From: a virus
Virus record (IMG/VR): IMGVR_UViG_3300021425_004462
Span: 58,060 to 122,059 of that record
Length of the DNA stretch: 64,000 nucleotides
Direction: 5' to 3' (one strand)
In this document: positions 1 to 9,408 of the stretch, one piece after another
How the letters are laid out: each line of letters starts with the position of its first letter
Position numbering within the stretch: the stretch's first letter is position 1
Notes under the pieces: generated by a model
Told to the model about the DNA's origin: nothing
Seen by the model: only the letters and a program-made list of their open reading frames with translations
Database searches by the model: none
Translations under genes and position numbers: made by a program

Positions 1-1070
1 TCATTTTTTTTTGACAATACCATAATTTCATCTGCAGCTTTATCCCAATCAGAAAATTGTATCAATGGGTGATCACTGCCAAATAAATCGTTCCAATATT
101 CATCTGCCTCGATAATAGGAATGCTCCCACCCTCAATAGCTTCATATAATCTGAACGTATCTGGATTGGTGCGTCCCTTGGGGCAGATAGTAAAAATAGA
201 TTGTTCAATTATTTTTTTATACCTTATAATATCAATACTATCGTTGGATAGCCAGGACTTATTTACGTTAAGGAAATAAGGAGCGTCAATTTTGCTAAGA
301 CTTTTTATTATGTTTTTTCTATTTCCTTTTTTATAAGTTTGACCCATGAAGTTCCAGATGTATTTTTTTTGGGTCATATTAAAATATTTTTCATTCATTA
401 TTCGTGGGTACATTTTTCGATCTTCCTTTATAATAGTTCGAATACCACTATCTTTAGAACTGGTAGATCCTTTATATTCAACATTCATTTCGAAACCTCG
501 AATCAGGAAGTTGTTTAGTTTGTGATATCTAAAACAAAAAAAAGTAAATATATCTCCATACCAATGTTTTATTTCTTCTGGAATATATGTAAAGTCAGCT
601 TTAAAAAAGCAGAAAAACATTCCAGGTCCATGGTTGATTACTGTCTTATAAGGTGTTAGCTCTTTATGGTTGGGGAAATTACTATAATGAAACTCGTGAT
701 TTTTATCTGTCACAAGTTTTCCGTTTATGCTATTTGGGTCCATGAATATACCTCCAACTTTGTTGGGTATATTATTTAATATAAAATTAAATATATCGCA
801 ATCGATTAAGTTGTCGTCATTAATGATGCAACACAATTCGTTTTTAGCTCTATCTACTCCAAGGTTGGCGCTTGCATTAAAGTATAAACCTGTGCTTTGT
901 CGTAGAATTTTAACTTTATTAAAGCTGTATATCCATTCGGGAGTATTTTCGATTCTATTGTCGATAATTAATATTTCATCAATATCACCTGTGTTGTCTA
1001 AATCACAAATTAATTTTTGCATTAATTTATTGGCTTGCCAAACGGTGGGAATTATTACTGAAAATTTCAT
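1..1070 (-). CDS. GT2-like glycosyltransferase fused to the C-terminal part of an exostosin/GT47-like domain (partial, runs off the window start; not in the ORF track)
   Basis: Translated by hand from ATG 1070 (ATGA overlap with the upstream stop): MKFSVIIPTVW...EILIIDN...NLGVDRAKNELCCIINDD (GT-A), then KKYIWNFMGQ...SIFTICPKGRTNPDTFRLYEAIEGGSIPII (GT47-like). No stop before position 1. Confidence 0.8.
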   Translation of the reverse strand, partial: MKFSVIIPTVWQANKLMQKLICDLDNTGDIDEILIIDNRIENTPEWIYSFNKVKILRQSTGLYFNASANLGVDRAKNELCCIINDDNLIDCDIFNFILNNIPNKVGGIFMDPNSINGKLVTDKNHEFHYSNFPNHKELTPYKTVINHGPGMFFCFFKADFTYIPEEIKHWYGDIFTFFCFRYHKLNNFLIRGFEMNVEYKGSTSSKDSGIRTIIKEDRKMYPRIMNEKYFNMTQKKYIWNFMGQTYKKGNRKNIIKSLSKIDAPYFLNVNKSWLSNDSIDIIRYKKIIEQSIFTICPKGRTNPDTFRLYEAIEGGSIPIIEADEYWNDLFGSDHPLIQFSDWDKAADEIMVLSKKN

Positions 1071-2971
1071 TTTAAAAAATTTTTCTTGCAACCTAATGGA
1101 ATAAATGAAACGTTATCAGCGACAGCGTCGCTTCTGTAGTATTGTCGAAATACATGTTTGAAATTTTTGTAATGATCTATCTCTGCGTAGCAATGTTCGT
1201 CACTAAGGTGAACTAATATGCAGTTTTTACATTTATTGAAATATTCCTTCAGTGATTTAATTCGGTTTTTTAAAAATTGTCTAACATTTTCTTCATAAAG
1301 GTTTACATTTTTTGCATATATATCACTATATACTATAACGCTATTTTCTTGAGGGTTTTTCATTTCGATATCAAATACTTTTTCGGGATTCATGTCTTGA
1401 AATAATTCTAATATAAAATCTTCTTCATATAAGTTATTGTTTAAGAATACAATTTTTGCCTCAATAGGTTTTGTGATGGACCGCTTTAGTTTATGGAGAT
1501 CTATCGTGTTTCCCTTTGTGTACATTTTATTATTAAAATCTTCTGATAAAGAGTTTATGAAAACATTTTTTCTGCCTTGACTAAGGAAGTAATCTAAGTA
1601 TTTAAAATCTCCATAATCTTCCTTTTTGCCACAAGGAGGTAGGGGTCTTCCTGGAATTTTAATCCATAGATTTGGAATATTGAATGCATCAGCACAAATT
1701 AATCCATGTAGTGAGCTACTTACTATAGCAGAGCAAGAGTAGATTTTATCTATAACATTTTGCCATTTATCTGTGGGGTTAATTAAATGGAATCTATCGT
1801 CATCTCTGATTAAATTTTTAAAAATATCTATATTAGAAATGTGTGGCACTAATCCTATTTTTTTTCCCAGCTCTTTATTTTTTTTAGGCTTGTAAAACAT
1901 GGGTAAAAGTAAAGCCGGGTCACCGAGGTAGGTATTGCTAACATCCATTCCTGCTGAGCGTACACATTGGAGTGTTAATGGCCCCCTAACGCATCTGAAT
2001 TCATTATTGAAATTTGGTATCTTTTCTGAGTGGTGGTGTAGACCTGCACCGCAGACGATTTCTTTTTCTTTGAGATCGCCTAGAGTTGAACCTATTAGTT
2101 TAATTTGTTTATATTCACCTTTACAATTAAATTTTACGCTATCTCCGAATAAAAACTTAGCGATGGGCACGTTTAACTCGTCTCCAAAATTGCCGAAACC
2201 TTTTTTATAACGCCAGTACGAAACGTTAGTAACTTCTTTGGATGAAAATTTTTCTTTATCGTGTCTTATATCTGAGTTTTTATCAATTTCAGGGTTGTCA
2301 TTTTTTTCATGTAATTGATATGACATTAATGGGTTCAGGTGGTAAATAGAATTTGGCGCAGAGAATAATTTGTTTTGATTGAAAAATTTTTGCATAAAGT
2401 TATCTAGGGCCTCATTTATTCCTCCTTGTTCTACCCACTGACATAAAGTGGATGCTGCTTGCTTGCTTAGTATGTATGAGCTTGCGTTCATATGCCAATA
2501 ATGATCATTTTCTGAGAAGAAATTATTTTTTTTAATATTAAAGAAGTGGTTATTGTATTCTTTTGTTACCTTATGATAATGAGGTTTATTCCAGGGTTGG
2601 CAGCCACCTAGGTATATTAAGTTATAATTATTAGGTATATAATTACTGTAAACTTGATTCCAGGAATTGGTAAACCCTTTTTTAAAGACTACATCGTCTT
2701 CTAGTATTAAATAATTATCGGCCTCTCTATCTAGTGTTAGCTGTTTCCATAACCTGTAATGACTTAGAGCGCATGCTATTTCTGCTTTTGTTAGCTTATT
2801 GAAAGATTTTTTAAAAATATTTTTTATTTCTTGATTAAGTTCTAATTCTTTTGCGTTAATAGCTGGAAACCTTTCCGCTGAAAATGGTAGGTTTTTGTTT
2901 ATATGATCTAACCTATCTTTTCGTCTATCAAGGTTTATAAAAAAAGATCTACTTATTCGATTTAATTTCAT
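1067..2971 (-). CDS. Multidomain protein: GT25 + polysaccharide pyruvyl-transferase-like + N-terminal part of an exostosin-like domain
   Basis: INLDRRKDRL, EIACALSH and LILEDDV (GT25); GNFGDEL, VRGPLT, GDPALL and SSSLHGLICADA (pyruvyl-transferase-like); C-terminal LVHLSDE...VFRQYY...FIPLG. Confidence 0.8.
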   Translation of the reverse strand: MKLNRISRSFFINLDRRKDRLDHINKNLPFSAERFPAINAKELELNQEIKNIFKKSFNKLTKAEIACALSHYRLWKQLTLDREADNYLILEDDVVFKKGFTNSWNQVYSNYIPNNYNLIYLGGCQPWNKPHYHKVTKEYNNHFFNIKKNNFFSENDHYWHMNASSYILSKQAASTLCQWVEQGGINEALDNFMQKFFNQNKLFSAPNSIYHLNPLMSYQLHEKNDNPEIDKNSDIRHDKEKFSSKEVTNVSYWRYKKGFGNFGDELNVPIAKFLFGDSVKFNCKGEYKQIKLIGSTLGDLKEKEIVCGAGLHHHSEKIPNFNNEFRCVRGPLTLQCVRSAGMDVSNTYLGDPALLLPMFYKPKKNKELGKKIGLVPHISNIDIFKNLIRDDDRFHLINPTDKWQNVIDKIYSCSAIVSSSLHGLICADAFNIPNLWIKIPGRPLPPCGKKEDYGDFKYLDYFLSQGRKNVFINSLSEDFNNKMYTKGNTIDLHKLKRSITKPIEAKIVFLNNNLYEEDFILELFQDMNPEKVFDIEMKNPQENSVIVYSDIYAKNVNLYEENVRQFLKNRIKSLKEYFNKCKNCILVHLSDEHCYAEIDHYKNFKHVFRQYYRSDAVADNVSFIPLGCKKNFLK

Positions 2972-4070
2972 TTATTAATTTACTATATATATTTATATTT
3001 TTATATTCAAACGGACTAAATTGACTTAGGTGGGATCGAGCTTGCTGTGTATATTCACTTAAAGTTTTTTGATGATTTAAGATTGCATTATATAATTGAT
3101 TGGATCCCATTTTGATGTCGTGTTTGCTATAATAATATCCTATATCACATAGACTGGGGCAATTATGGATTAGGGGTAAGCCCATATATAATTGCTCGAA
3201 ATTCGCATAATTGAATTCATTATCATTCTGGTGGCTAATAACTGTACTACCAAACTTACTTAATGCATCGAGTGACCCCCATCTGTTATTAAAAAAACAG
3301 AAATTTTTCTTGCTTAAGATATTTAGTCTTTTTACGAAATTTTCAAAATATTTTCCAGTCCTGATTTTTTCTGCGCAAAAAGTATTGATAGCTCCTAAAG
3401 TGCCGGGCCTTTCGGTTTCAAGTCTTTCGCAAATCATTAAGGGGACAAAGCATGTTTTTATTGTATTTAAGTTTGGTTCGAAAATGCAGATTTTATTAAC
3501 ATAGTCAGGCTTAAAGAATGGATTTAAGTTTTTTTTATTTAGATCTTTAATTTTATCTTGAACAAAAGATGGTTCCCATATCATGGGAGTTACTATAACA
3601 TCATCCATCCCGTAGTATGTTTTTATGTATTCTATACCAGAGGAGTGATGTGGAAGGATCCATATTTGATCTATATACTTATTGGTATCTTTGGGATTAA
3701 TTTGTATATCTTGATTTTTATATCTTTCGTCAAATAAAGTATTATATGTATCTATGTATAATTTATGACCAAAATGAGCTATGATAATTTTTAATTTAGG
3801 ATTACGATCCTTTAATTCTTTATATATTTTTGCGGGGATATCGTATCCCGCGATAATTAGAATGTCTAGTTTTTCGTTTTTATCGATAATTAAATCTTGT
3901 AGTAGCATACCCTTGTGCTTAAAATGCATTTTATTTTTGGGTATATCTTTAGTAATATAATAGCATTCATGACCTATTCTTTTGAATAAATCATAAAGGA
4001 AGACAATATTTTGCTGCATTCCATTTGCCCAGAATGCAATGGACATATCGAGGGTAATTCCTATTTTCAT
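2949..4070 (-). CDS. DUF2827-like putative GT-B glycosyltransferase
   Basis: MKIGIT..WANGMQQNIVFL, IFEPNLN..KTCFVP, SHQ..NEFNY, LPLIHN, GYYY motifs; paralogue of 4067-5143. Confidence 0.7.
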   Translation of the reverse strand: MKIGITLDMSIAFWANGMQQNIVFLYDLFKRIGHECYYITKDIPKNKMHFKHKGMLLQDLIIDKNEKLDILIIAGYDIPAKIYKELKDRNPKLKIIIAHFGHKLYIDTYNTLFDERYKNQDIQINPKDTNKYIDQIWILPHHSSGIEYIKTYYGMDDVIVTPMIWEPSFVQDKIKDLNKKNLNPFFKPDYVNKICIFEPNLNTIKTCFVPLMICERLETERPGTLGAINTFCAEKIRTGKYFENFVKRLNILSKKNFCFFNNRWGSLDALSKFGSTVISHQNDNEFNYANFEQLYMGLPLIHNCPSLCDIGYYYSKHDIKMGSNQLYNAILNHQKTLSEYTQQARSHLSQFSPFEYKNINIYSKLINEIKSNK

Positions 4071-5143
4071 GACAATAATTTTTTATATTTCTCTATCACG
4101 AATGGATTGTTAGGTGAGAATTTATTAAGTATAGTTTCAGATTGTTTCTTGTATTCTTCTAAATTTTTATCGTGAAAAGTTAACGCTAGCCTTAGTGCTT
4201 CAGCGCCTTTTTTCGTATCATATTCAGGGTAGAAATAACCAGCTGATTTTATATATTCAGAGTTATGCACTAGGGGGATATTGAAATATAATGCTTCAAG
4301 ATAAGTATAATTCAGCCCGTTTAATAATTGATTTGATAGTGATACTGAAATTTTGTTCGCAAATAAATTAGTTACTCTTTGCCTGTGATTGAAATTCACT
4401 TTTCCACCTTTTTGTATATCTAGTTGCCACATCATTCTTTTGAAGAAATTAGCTTCTTTTAGTTTTGATGTGCAATAAACATTTAATGATTCAAATAAAC
4501 TTTTATCTTCCGAGTAAAGTTCTTCTGCTATCATGATTGAAGGTAGGCAGTGTTTTGTTGTGTTTAAGTTTGGTTCAAAAATTCCTATATGCTTGGGCTT
4601 ATCTTTTGAATAAAAGCAACTTTTACCGGCTTTATTCCATATCTTTTCATGCATTTTCATATATTGCGAACTCCATATATATGGAAGTTCGAGGACTTTT
4701 TCATTTTTGTAATAAGTTCTGAAATAATTGAAGGAAAATTTGTAATGAGGTGATACCCAATTTTCGTCAACTCTATATGGGATTAAGGGGGATGTTGTAT
4801 TCCAGCTTGATTGTTCTATGTCAGCTAATAATCTATTTCCATAGTGGACATGAATGTTCCTGCATGCAGGTTTAAGTTCTTTTATCTTATCTATTATTGA
4901 ATGCTTTAGCATCCATGTAGTTTGTAGGACAGCATATAGATCATCTATATAATCTAGTATTTCATGCTCTTCTAATATTAATATATCTGTAGGTGGGTCT
5001 ACGCAATCATCTATTTTGTGATTTACTGCAATTATAGGCTCGAAGCCTATGTTTTGTAAAAGTTCAGCCAGGAATACAATGTTTTGTTGCAAGCCATTGC
5101 TGAAAATTCCGTTTTTGTAATTCGCGGTCAATAATATTCTCAT
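4067..5143 (-). CDS. DUF2827-like putative GT-B glycosyltransferase
   Basis: FSNGLQQNIVFL, WVSPHY, PYIWS, IFEPNLNTTK, NGLNYTYLEALY..PLVHNS, AGYFY. Confidence 0.7.
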   Translation of the reverse strand: MRILLTANYKNGIFSNGLQQNIVFLAELLQNIGFEPIIAVNHKIDDCVDPPTDILILEEHEILDYIDDLYAVLQTTWMLKHSIIDKIKELKPACRNIHVHYGNRLLADIEQSSWNTTSPLIPYRVDENWVSPHYKFSFNYFRTYYKNEKVLELPYIWSSQYMKMHEKIWNKAGKSCFYSKDKPKHIGIFEPNLNTTKHCLPSIMIAEELYSEDKSLFESLNVYCTSKLKEANFFKRMMWQLDIQKGGKVNFNHRQRVTNLFANKISVSLSNQLLNGLNYTYLEALYFNIPLVHNSEYIKSAGYFYPEYDTKKGAEALRLALTFHDKNLEEYKKQSETILNKFSPNNPFVIEKYKKLLS

Positions 5144-5153
5144 TGACTAAATT

Positions 5154-5158
5154 TACAC
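5154..5158 (-). promoter_or_regulatory. GTGTA upstream motif (candidate phage late promoter)
   Basis: Minus strand TTGTGTAAATTTAGTCA-ATG; core lies 10 nt before ATG 5143. Confidence 0.65.
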
Positions 5159-5160
5159 AA

Positions 5161-8124
5161 TTAATCTTCAGAAATAACAAAAGAAGCTGGATTTAATGTT
5201 GATGTATTTGCGGATCTATTTAGTTTATCTAAATTAAAAATAAAACTTCCGTCTGAATCCGTAAGTCCGCTTGAATTGCATATTGTAAATTTATTATTCA
5301 CATCGTAAGAATTATCTAATTGTATTCCATCAGAATAAGATTGATAGGTATATATTGTTCCTCCATTTGGAGCTGTACCGCCTTCAGAAACATTTTCAAA
5401 AGTTACGTTACTAGTGTTTGAAACAGTAGTTCCTATGTTAGCAAGGCCTGCCCCTAAGCTATTTGGGGAAGCATTGACTGTTCTGGATGAGAATCCTGCA
5501 AGGGTATAATTTGGATTAGTTAAAATTGAATTTGTTGTAATTCCCGCTAAATTAGTTGCAGTTACACTCCATGAAAAAGTTCCTTTTGTATCAGAGTCTG
5601 AAACTGTAATTGTATAAGAATTGCTTGTTTTTCCTGTTCCAGAACTATTTATAGTAAGAGTAGATTGGTTGCTTTGGGACGAATCTAGAGTTAAAGTTGG
5701 AGTGTTTAGCATTAACTGTGAACTTTCAAGATCGAAATTGTCTGATATTCCTGACGGTGAGCTTGATAGTTTTAAAGACAAATTGTTTATTGATAAAGTT
5801 AGTGGTGCGTTCGCTATATTTACTACATCTTGGAGTTGGATAGTTATACCATTTGATGTTTTTGTTCCTGATAGGGTGAAATTGTCAATAGATATATTAT
5901 ATGAACCACCTAGTCTAGAAACCTCTTTTTTAACTAAAGCGTACCCGTTTGAACTAACCTTGGGTGAAGTATTAATGCTTACAGTTTGCGTACCCCCTGA
6001 AGTGGGTTGTAATCCACTATGACTTAAATTTACGCCAGATGACGCAACTGCAGATAAATTTGGTTGAGAGTTGATGAAGTCTATCACTGGGCCGACATAG
6101 GGCCATCCAGCAGGGCGTTTTGGGAAATTAATTATAAGCATACTCCCGGAAGTAGTGACAGATGCAGGGTTTCCATAGTTAATTAAATTTAATCTAAGAT
6201 TTGTATAGGCTCCTTCAGCGTAAGGTCCGGTCATGGTAACTGTTACTACCCCTCCGGGTTGATTTAAAAGTGTTCTAACTGTAAAATTTCCATAATATTC
6301 TAATTCATTGTCGAATTGACTGTTGGTAGAGAAATTTAATTCACCGGCTCCGCCTAAGTTGCTATCATCTATGTAAAGAGTGTCTATGTTATTCTTTTCA
6401 AAATTAATAGTAGCGGATTCAGAATTTTTTAATGCGCTTTGATTAAGTGGATAATCTATTCCTAGTATGTTTAAGTGAGGTATTGATCCGTTGTTTAATG
6501 TCGCTGTATCTGATGTCGTAAACTTATCGCTCAGTGTGTTGAAATTGTTTTTTGCAATAAATGCCGCTGGTTGATTGCCATCTCTAGTTGAAGAGCCTAT
6601 TGAGCCGTATACGTTTATAGGAACGGTGAATTTATAACTTCCATCTGGTAGTGTTGACTTGTTGTAATTTGAATTATATGATGACTGAGATCCATTTGAT
6701 ACACCTTCATTCCTAACCGATAAAGATATATCATTTATAGAAGACCCTTTTCCGTCTATAAAAACTTCTGATTCAACTATGTCTCCAGCTTTTAACTCGG
6801 ATGAACCTATTGAATGTGGAGATGTAGCCGATGAAGCTATCGAACTTAATGAAGCTCCAGTTATCTGTGGACCATTCGCTATTTTTACTATGGCGTTTTT
6901 TCTATCAACAGCTCCGTTTCCAGATCTTACCGCAAATATTTCAATATTATTAGAGTTATTAAAAATTCCCTGAATATAATCAACTGTTTTTGTGGATTCG
7001 AATGAATTGGGATTGTTTATTGATACGTCTTGACTTGGGGTGTATAAAATTGAGTCTGTAGAACTATTCCAATTGGATATGCTATTAGAGAAGGTGGTAG
7101 ATTCTCCCTCTCTTAGTCCATCAGAGCGACCGTTATATGATGTTGGATTATTTATAGATATAATTGGGTAATCTTGGTCTACAGGTCGAGTTCCGCTTAC
7201 GTTTGAAATAACTTCAGAAGAAACGGCTTTTCCAGTAGATCCAAAAGCGTTAACAGCTTGTAGTGATACTCCATATGATCCATTTACTATATTTGATACG
7301 GTAATAGGTATTGTCGCAGTGAAGATACCGTTGTTTTCGGTTAGCGCATAACTAGTGAAATTTATTTCTTCAGCTAAACCTGATTCTAAAACCTTAATAG
7401 AATCAACATCACTTGTATCGAAGTCTGCATAAATATTTAAAATATCTCCTTGTTTTAAATGAGAGCTCCCTTGGTTTTGTCCGTTTTTCGGTGTAGAATT
7501 TTGTATAGAATCTATCCTGATTTCTATAGCTTCTGGCCCGCCTCCCGCTTCTGTTATAGGTAGAATAATACTCCTGCCATTTGCTTCTCCACTAAGTTGT
7601 GTTTTACCTTCTATGTTTACATTGTCTAGAAAACCAATAAATCTTCTTGTATGTTCTCCTAGTTGCTGTATGTTTTCAAGAGGTATTTCTTGTCCTTCTA
7701 TAGAGGCTTGCCCCAAGTAATCTCCATTGGGTCCATCCCACTGCATTTCCACTTTTAAATTAGAGGCAGATGTAACTTCAACGGAAGATAGATATAAATT
7801 TGGGTTAGGGGTATTGTTGTAATTTTTATTTGTTACTCCGTCATTGTCTATAACGTCAGAAAAGAAGACGAATTCAGCTGAACCTGACTCAATTTGAGAT
7901 ATCGATCCACCTAGTGTTCTAACGTCTACTCCGTCTAAAGTTAATCCGCTAACAAAATTTCCACTAAGGAACTCTACCGAATCCGTCGTTCTTATGTTTT
8001 GGTCCATAGAAACACGTAAACCGCCGAAATATAGGTTATCAAAAACTCCTGTAGCCCAGGCTCTTGTTATCTTACCTATGCCACCTTCACCACTGTTTCT
8101 TGGAACTAAATTTCTTGTACCCAT
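5161..8124 (-). CDS. Ser/Thr/Asn-rich putative virion surface protein (probable Ig-like beta domains)
   Basis: 987 aa, beta-strand-like S/T/N/G composition; N-terminal TRNLVPRNSGEGGIG..W resembles fibre motifs; GTGTA motif upstream. Confidence 0.6.
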   Translation of the reverse strand: MGTRNLVPRNSGEGGIGKITRAWATGVFDNLYFGGLRVSMDQNIRTTDSVEFLSGNFVSGLTLDGVDVRTLGGSISQIESGSAEFVFFSDVIDNDGVTNKNYNNTPNPNLYLSSVEVTSASNLKVEMQWDGPNGDYLGQASIEGQEIPLENIQQLGEHTRRFIGFLDNVNIEGKTQLSGEANGRSIILPITEAGGGPEAIEIRIDSIQNSTPKNGQNQGSSHLKQGDILNIYADFDTSDVDSIKVLESGLAEEINFTSYALTENNGIFTATIPITVSNIVNGSYGVSLQAVNAFGSTGKAVSSEVISNVSGTRPVDQDYPIISINNPTSYNGRSDGLREGESTTFSNSISNWNSSTDSILYTPSQDVSINNPNSFESTKTVDYIQGIFNNSNNIEIFAVRSGNGAVDRKNAIVKIANGPQITGASLSSIASSATSPHSIGSSELKAGDIVESEVFIDGKGSSINDISLSVRNEGVSNGSQSSYNSNYNKSTLPDGSYKFTVPINVYGSIGSSTRDGNQPAAFIAKNNFNTLSDKFTTSDTATLNNGSIPHLNILGIDYPLNQSALKNSESATINFEKNNIDTLYIDDSNLGGAGELNFSTNSQFDNELEYYGNFTVRTLLNQPGGVVTVTMTGPYAEGAYTNLRLNLINYGNPASVTTSGSMLIINFPKRPAGWPYVGPVIDFINSQPNLSAVASSGVNLSHSGLQPTSGGTQTVSINTSPKVSSNGYALVKKEVSRLGGSYNISIDNFTLSGTKTSNGITIQLQDVVNIANAPLTLSINNLSLKLSSSPSGISDNFDLESSQLMLNTPTLTLDSSQSNQSTLTINSSGTGKTSNSYTITVSDSDTKGTFSWSVTATNLAGITTNSILTNPNYTLAGFSSRTVNASPNSLGAGLANIGTTVSNTSNVTFENVSEGGTAPNGGTIYTYQSYSDGIQLDNSYDVNNKFTICNSSGLTDSDGSFIFNLDKLNRSANTSTLNPASFVISED

Positions 8125-8133
8125 TATTTATAT

Positions 8134-8138
8134 TACAC
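8134..8138 (-). promoter_or_regulatory. GTGTA upstream motif
   Basis: Minus strand TTGTGTAATATAAATA-ATG; 9 nt before ATG 8124. Confidence 0.65.
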
Positions 8139-8146
8139 AAATTGTA

Positions 8147-9403
8147 TTAAAATGATATATCGTCAGTAAATGCTTCAGGGCCAGTATTGTATCTCCATAT
8201 ATTAGACCTTAACTCTAGGTCGTTTTCGCTTTTTAGTATCCACATTGTATCAGAAATAAAAACATGATCGTTTGGTGTTACATCTCCGTCTTCATTTATT
8301 TCGAAGGCTTCTTGTAATTCGTACCTATTTAAAGATCCAGTTATTTCAAATGAAGTGTCATCTAGCCTCGAAACCTGTCTTTCCACAGATTCTATTTTAG
8401 AATCTAGTAAAGCTCCTGTTTGATTTAAATTACCACTGAGAGATTCTATTTTAGAGTCTAGGAAGACTCCTGTTGTGAAACTACCACTAAGAGATTCTAT
8501 TTTAGAGTCTAAAAAGTTTTTTGTTTCGCTTAAATCACCGCTTAAAGATTTTATTTCAGAGCTTAGTAAATCTCCTGTTTGGTTTAGAGTTCCGCTAAGA
8601 GATTCTATTTTAGAGTCTAAGAAGGCACCTGTTTGATTTAAGGTTCCGCTGATAGATTCTATTTTAGAATCTAAGAAGATGCCTGTTTCATTTAGGGTTC
8701 CACTAAGAGATTCTATTTTAAAGTCTAAGAAGGCACCTGTTTGATTTAAGGTTCCGCTGAGAGATTCTATTTTAGAATCTAAGAAGATGCCTGTTTCATT
8801 CAGGGTTCCGCTGAGAGATTCTATTTTAGAATCTAAGAAGATGCCTGTTTGATTCAGGGTTCCACTGAGAGATTCTATTTTAGAATCCAAGAAGGCGCCT
8901 GTTTGATTTAGGGTTCCACTGAGAGATTCTATTTTAGAATCCAAGAAGGCGCCTGTTTGATTTAAGGTTCCGCTGAGAGATTCTATTTTAGAATCTAAGA
9001 AGGCGCCTGTTTGATTTAAGTTTCCGCTTAATTCTTGAATAAATTTTAATACATTAACGCCGCTAATATGTATTGATTCACTGTTTCCAGATATAAAGTC
9101 GATTGTATCTGTATTTATGTGTCCAGCTTCTCCACTATCAAAAAATATCTTTAACCCAGATAATTCAGTATAGTTTCCTGTTTTTACAGAAAGAGTATTA
9201 GAGACTATATCGTCTGATATGGTTCTTGTGTTTGTTAGTACATCAAAAAAGCCGGAAGTAGATTCTAGTATGTACGAGTTTAGTTTTACTGTTTCTAACC
9301 TCTTGCCATCTATCAAGACAAGAGGATCTTCGGGTTCTTGTCCGACAATGTACTTTTTGTCCCCTATCCTTCTTAAGGATTTTTTAATTTCAAAGAAATC
9401 CAT
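8147..9403 (-). CDS. Putative virion coiled-coil/fibre protein with 18-aa tandem repeats
   Basis: About 12 copies of DSKIESLSGTLNQTGAFL. Confidence 0.6.
   Translation of the reverse strand: MDFFEIKKSLRRIGDKKYIVGQEPEDPLVLIDGKRLETVKLNSYILESTSGFFDVLTNTRTISDDIVSNTLSVKTGNYTELSGLKIFFDSGEAGHINTDTIDFISGNSESIHISGVNVLKFIQELSGNLNQTGAFLDSKIESLSGTLNQTGAFLDSKIESLSGTLNQTGAFLDSKIESLSGTLNQTGIFLDSKIESLSGTLNETGIFLDSKIESLSGTLNQTGAFLDFKIESLSGTLNETGIFLDSKIESISGTLNQTGAFLDSKIESLSGTLNQTGDLLSSEIKSLSGDLSETKNFLDSKIESLSGSFTTGVFLDSKIESLSGNLNQTGALLDSKIESVERQVSRLDDTSFEITGSLNRYELQEAFEINEDGDVTPNDHVFISDTMWILKSENDLELRSNIWRYNTGPEAFTDDISF
8388..9031. repeat. 54-bp coding tandem repeat, about 12 copies
   Basis: Recurrent gagattctattttagaatctaagaaggcgcctgtttgatttaaggttccgctga with point variants. 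Confidence 0.95.
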
Positions 9404-9408
9404 AAAAA

